The position numbers and the translations under genes are program-made. The notes under the pieces were generated by a model that saw only the letters and a list, made by a program, of their open reading frames with translations, was not told the origin of the DNA and made no database searches. A stretch of DNA of 64,000 nt, taken from positions 1,922,001-1,986,000 of the forward strand of contig CDPCPM010000180.1 of assembly GCA_976551045.1 (NCBI GenBank), given 5' to 3'. Below, one piece after another: positions 12,856 to 26,257 of this stretch (positions are counted from its first letter, which is position 1; each line of letters begins with the position of its first letter). This DNA comes from Glaucostegus cemiculus (Eukaryota).

Positions 12856-13057
12856 GAGGTTCTTACTGCTCTAGAACAATTTGCATGTTACCACCACATT
12901 TGGCAGAGAGAGAGGGAAGAGGCAATTCGAGACTTCATGAAAGGAAGTCCCCTGCTCTCTGAGTTTGAGTCACGGATTCTTTACTATAGGGATTTGGAGT
13001 CAAAGATCCATTCTGAGCCAGAATACATTTGTGTTGGAGCATTGGCTCTTTACACTG
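12856..13057 (+). CDS. DNAH5: window exon 9 (EVLTALEQF...SPLLSEFES...ALYT)
   Basis: cttcag|GAG ... ACTG|gtaaag; 202 nt, phase 0-1. Confidence 0.94.
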
Positions 13058-13699
13058 GTAAAGTAATGAAAGTTTAAAAATCTATTCAAATATCTTCATG
13101 TTTTTTTAAAGGAAATGTTTTCTAATATATATTATTTTATGACTTATTTAATGTGATAAATTTAAATTTAATGGTTCTTGGAGTATAGGGAGTTCTGTCA
13201 TACTCCATTTTGTGTATTCTTTTTCTTGGGATGCTGCTTTTACACATTTTATATTTGCAGCTTCTGTGTATTGTGCTAAGCTTGTTCCTGTTCAAAAGCT
13301 CACTTACATTACTCAGTGGCAAATTTTCAAGTGAGAGGTTTACTATCGGCTGCCAATGCACTGGAAGATATTCTGCTGTCTGTAACCCTGATTCTTTCTC
13401 ATGAAGAAATTGATAATTGGTTTCCAGGAGAAAATAGCTGCAATTTCTGAATTTGTTCTCACTTAAAATGGGTTGTTTGCTTCCTGTGACCAGATTGAAT
13501 CCTGTAAGTCATTAGAATCTCAGCAAGGTGGATTAGACAGCTTGTGCAGAAAATGACAGAAGACATCACATTCACAAAGGTTCTCTACAGCTTATAAACT
13601 TATGGAGTCAGTGGCTTACTGACATCCTGTTTGACTATGGTGCATAAAATCAGGCCTGCAGACTTTATCCAGCCTGCAGGATGCACCCATCTGGCCCCG

Positions 13700-14620
13700 G
13701 CAACACAAGTGGACAGGGTGATAAAGAAGGCGTACAGCATGCTTGCCTTCATTGGTTGGAGCATTGAATATAAAAGCTAGGAAGTCATGCTGCAGCTGAA
13801 TAAAACTTTGGTTAGGCCACATTTGGAGTATGTTGTGCAGTTTTAATGGTTCCCTTATACGATGAGATGGACTCTTGACCTCATAATCTACCTTGTTATA
13901 ACCCTGCACCTTATGGTCTACCTGCAATGCACTTCCCTGTAGCTGTGACACTTTACTCTGTACTCTGTTATTGTTTTTACCCTGTACTACCTCAATGCAT
14001 TCTGTACTAACTCAATGCATCTGCACTGTGTAATGAATTGATCTGCACAATTGATATGCAAGGTAAGCTTTTCACTGTACCTCGGTACAAGTGACAATAA
14101 TAAGTCAATACCAATACATTACAGGATGAATGTAGAGGCTTTGGAGGGGCAGAAGCTCTTCTGCACCAGGATGTTGCCTGGATTAGAGAGTATCAGCTAT
14201 AAGTTGGACAGACTTGGATTGTTTCCTCTGGAGCACCAGAGGCTGAGGAACAACCTGAGAGAAGTACATAAAATTATGAGAGGCATAGATAGGGAAGAGA
14301 GTAAGAGTCCTTTACCCAGAGTGGAAATGTCAAATACTAAAGGGCATACTCGAGGTGAGAGGCAGAGAGTTTAAAGGAGATGTATGGGGCAAGTTTTTTT
14401 TCAGAGAGTTGTAGGAGCCTGGAATGCTGTGCTTAGAGGGGGAGGGGTGATAATGAAAGCAAATATAATATTGTTGTTTAGGAGGCATTTAGACAGGCAC
14501 ATGAACATGCAGGGAATGGAGGGCTATGGATCATGTTCAGGCAGATAGGATTCATTTAATTTGGCATTATGATCGGTACAGATGTCATGGCCTGAAAGGC
14601 CTGTTCTTGCGCTGTACTAA
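13700..14620 (+). mobile_element. CR1 LINE 3' fragment interrupted by a Rex-type 3' UTR
   Basis: KTLVRPHLEYVVQ before 13842; HYRMNVEALE...TRMLPGLE resumes at 14117. Confidence 0.88.
13843..14116 (+). mobile_element. Rex1/Babar-type LINE 3' UTR nested in CR1
   Basis: Ends ttttcactgtacctcggtacaagtgacaataa plus (caatac) repeats, resembling other Rex tails here. Confidence 0.65.
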
Positions 14621-14994
14621 GTATGAGCATCTGCCTTCCCCACAGCCCCAGGAGGTTTGCTTCTGTCTGATATGGCTATTTGGTTGCTTTTACCACACTG
14701 GATGTGTAAACAATTTCGTGAAAATGCCCAGTATAGCCTCAGCTCCTTAAAGGGAGCAGGCCCCAGTGTTATGTGGCAGAAGGATTTTGCGGACAAACCG
14801 ACAGGTGCACCATGGAATCTGTAGTTCCAAACTAGAGGTAGGACTCCACTCTCCCACACCACACTGACCGTCTGCTGAGAGTCTGTAGAACCACCCAGTA
14901 TTGGGCCCAGGGACCAATCATATCTTCTGTGCCTGAGTCCAGATCCAGGTCCATATCTAGCTCAAGATGTGGCTTTATAGTGTTAATGGTCACT

Positions 14995-15174
14995 GGTCTG
15001 TATGTATGACCTGAGGGTACAGTATTAGTGGGCATAGGTCTGTATATGTATGACCTGAGGGTGCGGTGTGAGTGGGCGCAGGTCTATCAGTGTATGACTT
15101 GAGGGTACAGTATTAGTGGGCACAGGTCTGTCAGTGTATGACCTGAGGGTGCAGTATTAGTGGGCACAAGTCTA
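14995..15174. repeat. 42-44 bp minisatellite, about 4 copies
   Basis: Unit ggtctgtcagtgtatgacctgagggtacagtattagtgggcaca starting at 14995, 15037, 15081, 15125. Confidence 0.92.
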
Positions 15175-16575
15175 TCCCCAGGAATATCAGAGATGTTTTA
15201 AACAGCTAGTTCAAGCACAGATAGGTGCAAGACTTTTTTGAATTACCATCCCAGCCATGGCCTCCCTCCCTGACCAGGATGTGCCAGCTTCCCGAATTGG
15301 GGATGGGAAATGTTTGCCCTCTGGGAAGGTGCAAGCAGTGAGAATTAAAAAAAAGGCAAAAAATCATTTTGCAGCCCATTATCTCATTGAATATATCACA
15401 GACACAAATGAGTCGGTCAGTATATTTTCTAGTTAGTGGGAGCTGCTTTGTGCTATGTTTCCTACATTATGACTGTGACCACAATCTATGACAACTTAAT
15501 TGACTATTAAGTGTTTTGAGATGTCCTTTGGTTGTGCACCAACTCTCTTTAACGATTAATCACCAACAAACCTGTGAGTAATTGACTATGTATCCCTTTA
15601 GATGGCACATCTGGGCAGGTGAATATTGATTTGAGGTTCTTTCTGATGCTTTCCTTTGTAAATGGCTGTTTGACCAGCAGGTTAAAGTTGTATTTTGAGG
15701 TTACAGATCCATTTAATGGTTTTTGGTAAAGTTGAATTGTAGAATGCTAAGCAATAACCAAAGAATCATTTCTAAGAAGAATTCATGATGTGAATCGTAG
15801 CTGGGCATTTTCTCATTTGCCATGTGTAGTAAGTGGTCACATTTTTCTCTTGTCTGTAGTGAAATGGTTCAAAGTGGACCAGGTATTTTCTGGATGGTTA
15901 AAATCCAGGACCCTTCCTGTAGCTCATGTACAAGGACATGGTTTGTGATTTTGGCAATTATGCAAAGGTTGTACTATCAAATAGAAGTGTTGTTTGTGTC
16001 AGAAGAGTTTTGTATCAAAAGAGTTTTACTTGTGTCCCAATAAGTCTATATTAGCTAAAAAGATGTTCCAGTTAATGAATTCTAGGTCAAATCAGTGTTA
16101 CACATGGATTAATGTTGTGAGATCCTACACTACTGTCCTTGCAAATAGACAAGTTTCAACAACTATTGAACCAAAAATATATGAGTATCTCATGACTGAA
16201 ATTCCAGTCAAATCACAACCTTTAGTGGCTAAAAGATGGGTGTTAGGGAACTGTTTTGTGACCCTGGACTTCAAAATGTTTTAAAATATATTTTAATGGT
16301 GATAAACTTTAGCACAATACAGGGGAAAAAATAGGTAATACTAAAGAATGGTTTCTTGTTTCATACAGGGCATAACCTTTAAGGCTGTTCCATGAATGTC
16401 TTGTGGTTGTGAGGGTGGAGATGACTGGGAATGAAATTAGTTATGGATGTTTCAGGTTGAATTTTACCAGGGTACAAATATTGGAAAACATGTATTTAAT
16501 TTATCAATGAAATGCTTTGATACCAAAATAATAGTGCAGTCTTTTATATCAAGACTAAAAACTTGTACTTTTCAG

Positions 16576-16811
16576 CTGATCTTAAAATGGCATTAGCTTC
16601 AGAAACCAAAGCATGGATGACTGCTTTTGGTCAACACTGCAATAAAAAATATCGGACTGAGATGGAGAATATTTTCACATTCATCGAGGAAGTTAACAAA
16701 AAACTGAATCGACCTATCCAGGACTTGGATGATATTAGAATGGCCATGGCTGCACTCAAGGAAATAAGAGAACACCATATTTCCATTGATTTCCAAGTGG
16801 GACCCATTGAG
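16576..16811 (+). CDS. DNAH5: window exon 10 ([13 protein letters not shown]...QVGPIE)
   Basis: tttcag|CT ... GAG|gtaacc; 236 nt, phase 1-0. Confidence 0.95.
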
Positions 16812-17532
16812 GTAACCATTTTCTATTTGCTTGGTTTCCTTTACGTTTGTTTGCACAACCAGATGCTGCAAAAGAATTAGAAATGTTAAGGAATATATAA
16901 TATGCAGAAGGATTTTCATGCAATGATTGATTTTTCCCTTGCTGGAAAACCATATTCTACAGTCTAAGTGAATGACCTAAACATGCTGGTAAAGGCTAGT
17001 ACTTTGATAACTGGTGTGTGGTCAACAATCCTAAAATTTCATCGCCAACCCTATTTTGGTGTCACATTTTTATTTCGGTATAAAAGCAAATCATTTAAAA
17101 TAAGTGCATATTTCCTCATGTTTTGCTAAATATGATGGTAAATGAAGAGAAAATCACATGGCAAATGCTTTTTCAGAATATGCAAGAACCCTCAAAGTCT
17201 TGTAAAAAAAAAAGCTTATTTTAATCTCTTGGTTTTTGTGGATTTGTTTAACTTTTGCAGTACAAGTGTTTTTTTAAATTTTAAAGATTTGAACAGAGCA
17301 TGCTGTTACCTAAGTAGAAGAAATTGATATGATGCATGTGAACATCATTTCAGTACTCACATCTGTGCTTAAATGCACTTGATGAGCACGTGCACTATTT
17401 AGTGCAGTAAAGGGCTCTATTTTATCCTTTTGAATCTATATGTACTAATAATATAATTTTACAGTTTCATTTTGTGACTCTCCATAACTAAATTCAGTTG
17501 TGCCTTGAAATTCGTTCTTGTCATTATCATAG

Positions 17533-17751
17533 GAATCCTATGCAATGTTAAATAAACATGAATTGCTCGTGGCCAAGGAAGAGATCGAGAAGGTGGACAC
17601 TTTACGATACGTTTGGGAAAAACTGTTAGTGCGTGCAAGTGAGATTCAGAATGAACTTGTTGCCTTGCAACCAAATTTCAGAGGAGAACTGATCAGCAAT
17701 GTGAAGACATTTATTGAAGATTGTAATGAATTTTATGAAAATTATGAAAAG
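17533..17751 (+). CDS. DNAH5: window exon 11 ([12 protein letters not shown]...ENYEK)
   Basis: tcatag|GAA ... AAG|gtagta; 219 nt, phase 0-0. Confidence 0.94.
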
Positions 17752-18080
17752 GTAGTAAACAAAATTTTAATACGAGTGAATCACCACCAATTGTACTTTA
17801 CTGATGGAAATGTTGCCTTTTTTATAATCTTACTTTTTTTACTTTTCAATCTATTTTGAAAGCCATTCAATGTTAAACCAAATTAAATCATTTTAAATGT
17901 GGAGTAAAAAGAAATATTATTCTTTGGCAGTAATTCTTAATATATGTATGTTCTGTAATGATTTCCTGTTGGCAAACCTTTTGAAACCCTAGCTATCATT
18001 AATTTTGTGAATACTTTAATTCTTAAACTGTGAATAAATTGAGCCTTTAGTAAGTATTATTTTCATTTACTGTACTGCAG

Positions 18081-18143
18081 GAAGGTCCAATGGTTATAGG
18101 CTTAGCACCACAGGATGCCAGTGATAGGCTCATAATTTTTCAG
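18081..18143 (+). CDS. DNAH5: window exon 12 (EGPMVIGLAPQDASDRLIIFQ)
   Basis: ctgcag|GAA ... CAG|gtatgt; 63 nt, phase 0-0. Confidence 0.93.
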
Positions 18144-18772
18144 GTATGTTCTCACTATTTTAATTGTTTCTCTGTGTGTGGCTTACAGATTCCTTGGTTT
18201 TATGCAATTTAATACTCTGGTTCATTTTGAGCTCTTACAAAAGATTGTAGGTCCCTGGTAGTTATCACATTTTAAACAATTTTTGTTCTCTTCATCTGAC
18301 GAAGTGTGAAACTTGACATTAATAGTGTGAGATAGTGAATATAGAGTGAGAGGGATTTGGCAAGGTGAAGAAATCAAAGAATCAGTATGTTTATCAGTGG
18401 CTTCTTAAATATAGCCACTGAATTAGTTATAATTTGTGGATTTGATATCCATTTAACAGCTGCAGGTGTGTTCTGGATTTCTGTGGCATAATCTTAACAT
18501 TTTTAAAATGTCAAATTAAAGATTCAAATTAAGGGCAGCTTAGAGCGGGGAAAACTGCAATTTATATTAGAATCCTGCTTGATTAACACCATTGGATGTG
18601 CTACAGTGTTGTGAGGAATAGGAGAGAGGTGGTAGACGTTCCTGGATGCAGTTCAGGAAGCAATTGAGTGAGTTAACCAGATCAGGAGTGGATGAAGTTA
18701 GAGAGATGTACAGTGTGGAAGCAGGCCTTTTGGCCCATCATTTCCATGCTGACCGAAAGTACCTATCTGCAT

Positions 18773-19049
18773 TAAAACTCTGATAATCTGATGGTTTGGA
18801 AATCCCCATATTCCAGCATCTGCCTCACCAACTACTGATTCCTCTACTTCCTCCAGTGCTCTGGGTGCAACCCACTCTCTATGCTTGTTGGGTTCACTAG
18901 AAAATTTGTAATACTACTGGACTGTGTAACATGTTTTAAAAGTGCAGAAATTGTGTTGGAGTATTAATTAGAATCACATCCAACAGTCCAGACAATCTGC
19001 CAGTCTGGCACCACCTGTCTTAAGTGTGTTGCACTGATGGAGTTTTACT
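18773..19049. mobile_element. possible MITE (Tigger/pogo-like ends) nested in CR1 3' end
   Basis: Ends taaaactctgat ... atggagttttactc are imperfect inverted repeats; CR1 resumes after it. Confidence 0.35.
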
Positions 19050-20115
19050 CCATAACTAATCCCATATACCTGTACTTGGTCTGTAGCCATCTATATGTTG
19101 GCGATGCATGTGCTTGTCTTGCTACTTAAATGCTGTGAGAGTACCTGCCTTGACCATTCACTCAGACAGTGCATTCCCGTTTTCAGCAACCCTCTGGGTG
19201 TGGAAGTTCTCTCTTGCATCCCCTCTAAATCTCTTACCCCCTAACTTAAACCTATGAACCCTGGTTTTAGACAATCTGCTATCGGAAAAATATTCTCACC
19301 ATCTACCCCATCTGTGCCCCTCATAATTTGTCACAGCCTTCAGCCTCCAAAGAGTGCAAGCCCAACCTATCGAGTCCGTCCTCATAACTGAAATTGTCCA
19401 TCCCAAACAACGTCCTGGTGAATCTCTGCACCTTCTCCAGTGCAGTCACATCCTTCCTACAGTAAGGTGACCAGAGCTGTGGCCTAACCAGTGTTTTGTA
19501 CCATAATCTTCTTGCTCTTATATTCTATGTCTGGGTAATGAATACAGGTATCCCATATGCCTTCTTCACAGCCTTATCAACCGGTGCTAACACCTTCCTT
19601 GGACTTGCATGCATAGGTCTCTCTGTTTCTTAGTACAAACTAAGGCCCTATCATTCATTGTGTATGTCCTACCCTTAACTGTCCTCTCAAAGTACATCAC
19701 CTTGTGCTTGTCAGGTATAAGTTCCATCTGCCATTGCTCTGCTCATCTTGCCAACTGATCAGTATCATCCTGCATTCTATGATCATCCTCTTCCCTTTCA
19801 ACAATTATTGATTTTTGTGTAAACTGACTAAACATACTTCCTACCTTCATACACAAATCATTATTGTGTATAATAAAGATTTAAGTGTACCAGCACTGAT
19901 CCCTGTGGGATACCACTGGTCAGGGGCTTCTTTCCACAAAACAACCGCAAACCATAACTTCTTGCCTATTACCTGGAAATATTTGAATCCAAGTTGTCAG
20001 CTTGCCTGGATCCAGGACTGTGTAATCTTTTGGACTAGTCTCATGTGAGACCTTGTCAAATGTCTTATTGAAGTCCATGCAGACTACATCTATGACCATA
20101 TTCTGATCAATACAT

Positions 20116-20760
20116 CAGAATCAGAATCAGTTTTATTGTCACAACCATATACATACATAGTATGCATAGGAGCGAGATACCATCCTCCTCAGGTGCTCGT
20201 CCCATAAAAAAATAACATAACAACCAACAGAGACACACATACACACTTGGCAGATTGAAATTAAATTATTACGCAGATTAGATTAAAAATGGCCAGTAAA
20301 TAAATAAATAGTTATTAAAGTGAACGGGCTGATGTCGGGCATTTAAAGTGCTGGTGCATTTCTGTGCACCTAGCATCTTAGTGTTAACAAAGGAAGATGG
20401 AGGGATGAGAGAGTTTGCAGTTCTGATGGCTTGCGGAAAGAAGCTATTGTTCAGCCTGGTCGTTCTTGCCCTGATACATTTAAGCCTCCTCCCTGATGGC
20501 AAAATTGTGAAGAGGTGGTGGGAGGGGTGAGAAGGGTCGGCCATTATGCTTTTGGTCTTCCTCACACAACGGTCTTTGTATATGTCTGTGAGGGATGGAA
20601 GCGAGACACCTATGATCCACTCCGCAGCCCTAACTATCTTCTGGAGGGACTTCCGCCCAGCAGCTGAGCAGCTTCCAAACCAAACAGTGATACATTGAGT
20701 TAGGATGCTCTCAATGGTCCCCCTGTAGAAGGATTTCATGACGGAGGGATGTGGGTACGC
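20116..20760 (-). mobile_element. Rex1/Babar LINE, 5'-truncated, open DUF1891-like C-terminus
   Basis: ORF 20278-20769 FYRGTIESILTQCITVWFGSC...DPSHPSHHLFTILPSGRR...RLNNSFFPQAIR; (ctgatt)n tail; aatacat duplicated at 20109 and 20783. Confidence 0.9.
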
Positions 20761-22626
20761 TTTTGTCATTTACATTTGACAAAATACATTTTGTCACCTC
20801 TGAAAAAAATCAATCAAATTGTTCATACAGGATCCTCTCTCCAACTGACAACTATGCTGACGATCTTTGATCAATTCCTACCTATCTAAGAGCAGATTAA
20901 TTCTGCGCCTCGGAATTTTTTCCAATAATTTCCCTGCCGCTGATGTTAGAATCACAGCCCTGTCACTACTTGGCTTACCCTTGCTGCCCTTCTTAATTGA
21001 AAGTGTCACATTTGCTGTCCCACAGTCCTCATCTGTGGCCCAGTAAAGATTTAAAAATCAGTTGGGTTGCCAGCAATATATTCCATAGTGGCCTGGGATA
21101 CATCTCATCTCCTCTCCTCAACATCACCTCAGGATTTATTGACCTTTAAGCATGCTAAATCACCTTGTACGTCCTTTTTAATTATACCATGTTCTAGAAT
21201 TTCAACATCTCCTTCCCCCAGCTCCCCACTCCCCACCCCCCCAACCTTCTGAATCTTCTGACTATACTGTCCTCAGTGAATATGGATGAGAAATATTCAT
21301 TTAAGACCTCAGCTATATCTGGCGTCATGCACAGATTACCATTTTGGTCCCTAATGAGACCTACTCTTTGCCTGGTTACTCCCTTGCCCTTAATATGCTT
21401 TGGGATATTCCTTTGTGTTGTCTGCCAATGATATTTTCTGCCCCCCTTTTGTCCCTTCTAATTTTTTAAGTCCCTTCCTACACTTTCTATGGTGCTGAAG
21501 GGTTACTTCTGTTTCCAGTTACCTAAGTACTGCAGTAGTACTAGTTCTGCTGCAGTAATCACACTAACCTCCTCAACCACTTTGCTTCCGGAGCCTACTC
21601 CATTACTTCACTCCTCATACTAACTTGTATGCGCCTCCAACTTTGTCAGTCTGTGTGCTTCCTTACGTTACAAGCTAACCACTCATTCACCACTCCTGAT
21701 ACCCTCATCCTGGTACAATTTTATGTCTTCCACTCATGGTCAACCTCAACAAATGCAGTTTATTCATCAGATGAACACATGTCATTGCAGTCAATTTTAG
21801 GTCTATTCTTTGTCTTCTTCCAGGAGAAGGTAAGACAGAACATTAGGGAGAAGAGAGGTGGACATCTGCAGATGACAGCTGTAGCAATAACACCAGTTAA
21901 TCCTGGCTGTCAATGATGGAGAAGCAGGGAGTTCCCAGCTACTTGGTGACAATTAATTAAAAGCTATCTCATGTGGCACTCAAGCACATTATCATGGTTT
22001 TAATAGGGAGTGAGATATTATCAAAAGCTGAATTCTAGAGGTGAGAGGAGAGTGATTGCCCTTGACAACAAGGTAGCATTTGATGGTAGTAAGAAGGATG
22101 GTAAAACTGGTCAATGGGAAACAAGGGGTAAACATGCCATTGATTAGAATCATATCTCTCAGGAAGGAGAATGATGATGGTTAGCAGAACTCAACCATCC
22201 CAGCACCAGTCCATCACTGCAACAGTTCCTCAGGTTGTGACTGTAGGTCTAGCCACTTTCAACAGCTTCATCAAACATCATAGATGGGGATATGCAGTCA
22301 TCAAGCCCTATAATGTTCAATTTCATTCTCACATCTCAGCAAATGAAATAGCTCATGCCTGCATTTCTCAAGACCTAGACAACATTCAGTCATGGGTTGA
22401 TTAGTGACAAGTAACATTTATGTCACCAAAGGGCCAGGCAGTGATCCCTACCTCTGACATTTAAATCAATTAGTACCACTGAGTCACTATCCCGGCAGTC
22501 ACCATTCATCACTAGCTCAAGCAAGAGCAGGCCAGGTGCTGAGTATCCTCCGGCAAATGATTAAGTCCTGATATCCTAAAGCCTTCCCACAATCTACATG
22601 GTGCAAGCCAGGAGTGTGATGGAATA

Positions 22627-22984
22627 AGCAAAGGTAAGGTGAATGGTCACAGTCTTTTTCCCAGGGTGGGGGAGTCTTAAACTAGAGGGTATAAGTTTAA
22701 GCCCTTATGCCTTCTAGAAGGAAAAGATTTAAAGGAGATCTGAGGGGCAAGTTTTTCCACACAGAGGGTGGTGTGTATATGGAATGAGTTGCCACAGGAA
22801 GTGGTAGAGGTGGGTACTATTACGTTGTTTAAAAAACATTTGGACAGTCTTATAGATAGGAAAGATTTAGAGGGATATGGGCCAAATGCAGGCAGATGGG
22901 ATGAGCTCAGGAAGGTATCTTGGTTGGCATGGATATGTTGGGCCGAAGGGCCTGTTGTCCATCTGTATAACTCTATCACTCTAA
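22627..22984 (+). mobile_element. CR1 3' fragment nested in older LINE
   Basis: FSTQRVVCIWNELPQEVVEVGTITLFKKHLD; gggccgaagggcctgtt terminus. Confidence 0.88.
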
Positions 22985-23360
22985 CCTCCATTTGCTCAGA
23001 TGAGTGCAGTGCCAATAATAAGCTCGACTTCATCCCAGACAAAGCTGCCCTCTTGATTGGCACCCCATCAACCACCCTAAACATTAATTTCCTGTATGGT
23101 CAGTGCACAGTGGCTGCAGGGTGTATTATCTACAAAAAGCACTGCAGTTACTCTCCCAGGCTATTGCAAGAGCATCTCTCAGCCCACGGCCTTTAGTTCC
23201 AAGAAAGACGAGTATCAAGCACACGGAACACTGCCACCTATGTGTTCCTTCTCCAAGTTGAACATCATCCACTTCATCACTGGGTGTATATCTTTGAACA
23301 CCATCTCCAACTGTGCCATGACAGTACCTTCACCAGAAGCTAATATAGTCAATGAAAATT

Positions 23361-23532
23361 AAAACACTACAGAATATGGACGTCTGAAATAGAAACAGAA
23401 AATGCTAAAAGCATTCAGCAGGAAAGAGAAAAAGAGTTAACATTTTAGGTTCAAGACTATTCATCTGTTAACAGTTTGTTTTTCCACACATGCTGCCTGA
23501 CCTTCAGAGTGTTTCCAGAATTTTCTGCCTTT
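23361..23532. repeat. Penelope-derived fold-back element
   Basis: cagaaaatgctaaaagcattc pairs with gagtgtttccagaattttctg; gttaac on both sides of apex. Confidence 0.65.
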
Positions 23533-24654
23533 GTTAATGGAAACTGAGCATTACATTTTTAAGGGTGATTAGGGATGGGAATTTTATGTTGCCTGTGCCA
23601 GCAACACCCAAATCCTGAAAATGAATTAAAAGATATCATCATCTCACTATTTTGTGAGGATTAATTCTTGTTTTATCTTCAATTAGGCTTTCACACATGC
23701 AGCTGCAGTGAGTGGAAGTCACCAATGGCAAATCCTCAAAAGAACTTCTGAAAGTGCATGATCATGGGACTTGATCAGGCCTTTCAGTAGCTGAGAGATA
23801 TTTGCACTTTGGTGGGACTAGTAAAGCAAAGAGTTAGGTTTTCACCCATTTGCTTGCAGTTAACTAATGAGTGGGAACAAATCCTGTGCTTGGGCAGAAG
23901 CAGAGAGTTCTCATTGTAGGTTATGGATTCCTTCAGGCTCTGTTCAGCTGAATATGTACCTGTACCCTGGGCAATGAAGGAGAGAATCACTAAGCAACGA
24001 TAGCAAGTGCTGTGATCATAAAGAAAATGCAGAAGCCCAGCTCAGGCAGGAGTGTCTTGATGTTTCAGACTTCTGAGAAGTTGAATTCTTTCATACAAAG
24101 CGTACCCATTGCAATGAATTTCAAATACTCCCAACAAAATAAATCTATGCATACCTGTAGTGTCACCTTGCAGAATCTGCCATGGTGATAGCAGTGAAAT
24201 ACAACTGGTCCATGAGGGGAATGATGGTGAAGGGAAATAGAAATGGGGACTGCACTCAGAGCTACAACCTCAATCAATACCTCTTATACTTTGCCTCCCA
24301 ATGCTGTATCTACTCTTGAACAAGAGCAGATGGGGTCATCATTGGTCCTCTCTTATTCCCACATGCCCAAAAGTTATAAGAATTCTCTAGATAAAGCAGA
24401 GATCTGAATAACCTTGAGTCAAAGAGGTTGTATCACATAGGAGTAGCATGAAAGTAGTTGTACAAGAATGTACAATGGTGTTTTTGAAAATATTTTGTTG
24501 ATAAGCTTCTATTATATATTTATGTAACACAAATGCTGCCTTTTGCATTTGCAAAGAATCTTTAAAAGAGTTGAGAATCTGTTGCTGCCCTACATAAACG
24601 TCTTCTGCAGTTGTCCTCTCTGATATGCACTGACAGGTCTGTGAATAGCCAGGA

Positions 24655-24840
24655 GACACAAGAGACTTCAGATACTGGAATCTGGAGAAAAAGAAAACTG
24701 CTGGAGGACCTCAGCAGTTTAAGCAGCATCTGTGGAGGCAAGAGGATGGACAATGCTTCAGGTTGATACGTTGACTATCCTTTTGCCTCCGCAGATGGTG
24801 CTTGACCCGCTGAGTTCCTCCAGCAGTTCGTATTTTGCTC
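24655..24840. repeat. Penelope-derived fold-back element, second subfamily
   Basis: aactgctggaggacctcagcagtttaagcagcatctgtggaggcaa pairs with ttgcctccgcagatggtgcttgacccgctgagttcctccagcagtt. Confidence 0.8.
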
Positions 24841-25129
24841 TGTGAGTAGCCAGCTGCTGGTGCTATACCTGTTGCAATTGTTTGGTCACCTTGATTGTCA
24901 TAAGATGCTCCAATTAAGGCAACATTAATGGCAACCACAATGATGTGACAGGAAAAACATCTAACATGTAGATGAAACCATGCAGTGCAGAAATTCTCAA
25001 CAAGACAACTGTGAACAAACTATTTCCCAAGAAGCTGAGAGAAATAAGCATTTTTATTACTATATTTCCCTTGAATAATTGATGTCGCTCCGTCCTCATT
25101 GATGATGGGTGCCAGGGAGGCTGGAAAAC

Positions 25130-25815
25130 ATAAGGACATTATAAAAACAAGCAAGAGTAGGCCATTTGGCCATCGAGCCAGCTCCACTGTACAATAAGAT
25201 CATGGTTTACCCAATCTTGGCCTTAACACCACTTTCTTGCTCTCTCCCCATGCTCCTTGACTCCCTTGTAGTTTAAGCATCGGTCAGTCTCCACTTTGAA
25301 TTTATTCGATGATTCCACTTCCATAGCTTTCTGGTGGGGCTGGTGGGTGGTTGGAAAATTCCAAAGATTCATGACCCTCTGAGAGAAGAAATTGCCCGCA
25401 CTCCATCTTATTCTAAAACCATGCCCCATAGTTGTAGGTACCCCCAAAAGGGGGAAGCTTTCTCTCAGCATCCACCCTGTCATTAGGATCTGTAGGTTTC
25501 AATAAGGTCACTTCTCTTTCTGTTCTCCAATGAGTATAGACCCAACCTACTCAACCTTTCTTCTGAAGTCAATTCCTTTTTTCCAGGAATCAACCAAGTG
25601 AACCTTCTCTGCATTGCCTCCAATGCAAGCACATTCTTCCTTAAAAATGGGGAACAAAACTGCATACAGTATTCCAGCTGCAGTGTCACTAGTGCATAGT
25701 AAACTTGATTCAAAACTTTCCTACGTTCATACTCTATAATCCTTGCAAAAAAGACCAATGTTTTACTTGCCCTCCTAATTACTTGCTATACCTGCATGCT
25801 AACTTTTATATTTGG
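25130..25815 (-). mobile_element. CR1 LINE 3' fragment
   Basis: LEYCMQFCSPFLRKNVLALEAMQRRFT; FFSQRVMNLWNF. Confidence 0.88.
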
Positions 25816-26257
25816 GACCTTCAGATTGCTTTGCACCAAAACATCCTGTTGTGGACTAAGCAGAAGGACAAATAGTAAAGTTAAGGGTTTATTGAAAATG
25901 TGCTCAAATTGAAGCCCGTGGTGTTTATTAAAACACCATTTCCCTGAATAGTTGCTCTCATAGAGACCAATGCAATTGAGTAAATTGGGAAAGTTAGTAT
26001 TTTGGAATCAACCTCACATAATGGGCAAATTCCCTGGTTTGGAACTCTCTACCTGCACTCTACATGCTCTAGTCCATGTTAAAGTTCAGCCCAAGATCCT
26101 CGCAGTCCATTACTACTTCAGGTATTGTTGACCCAGAGTGAATTTCTGATACAATATTTTTTTACTGTTTCACTGCATGACTTATCATTAATGTTTAATA
26201 CTTGAAAGATTTACATACATATGTGTATTTATACATATGATCTCATTTTATTGCCAG

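Larger units (their letters stand above)
18695..21490 (-). mobile_element. CR1 LINE remnant carrying two nested insertions
   Basis: CR1 3' end caggccttttggcccatc; RT-region antisense motifs (gaccttgtcaaatgtcttattgaagtccatgcagactacatc). Confidence 0.82.
21890..23620 (+). mobile_element. older non-LTR element (CR1/L2/Jockey group) RT-to-3' remnant with nested inserts
   Basis: VIALDNKVAFD RT motif near 22050; 3' ttagggatgggaatttt...gccagcaacaccc; same family near 35880, 44060, 49420, 53000. Confidence 0.65.

Noticed and set aside
14995-15174. CRISPR-like array
   Set aside because: Units are contiguous with no unique spacers, there are no cas genes, and the context is a vertebrate intron.
16599-16919. 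Minus-strand ORFs over exons (also 7851, 28015, 29221, 39214, 59458) as an antisense gene
   Set aside because: Shadow ORFs of dynein codons; no recognisable product or splice pattern.
23700-24380. Possible Harbinger transposase remnant
   Set aside because: Only a vague TYNENS resemblance; no DDE motifs or TIRs found.
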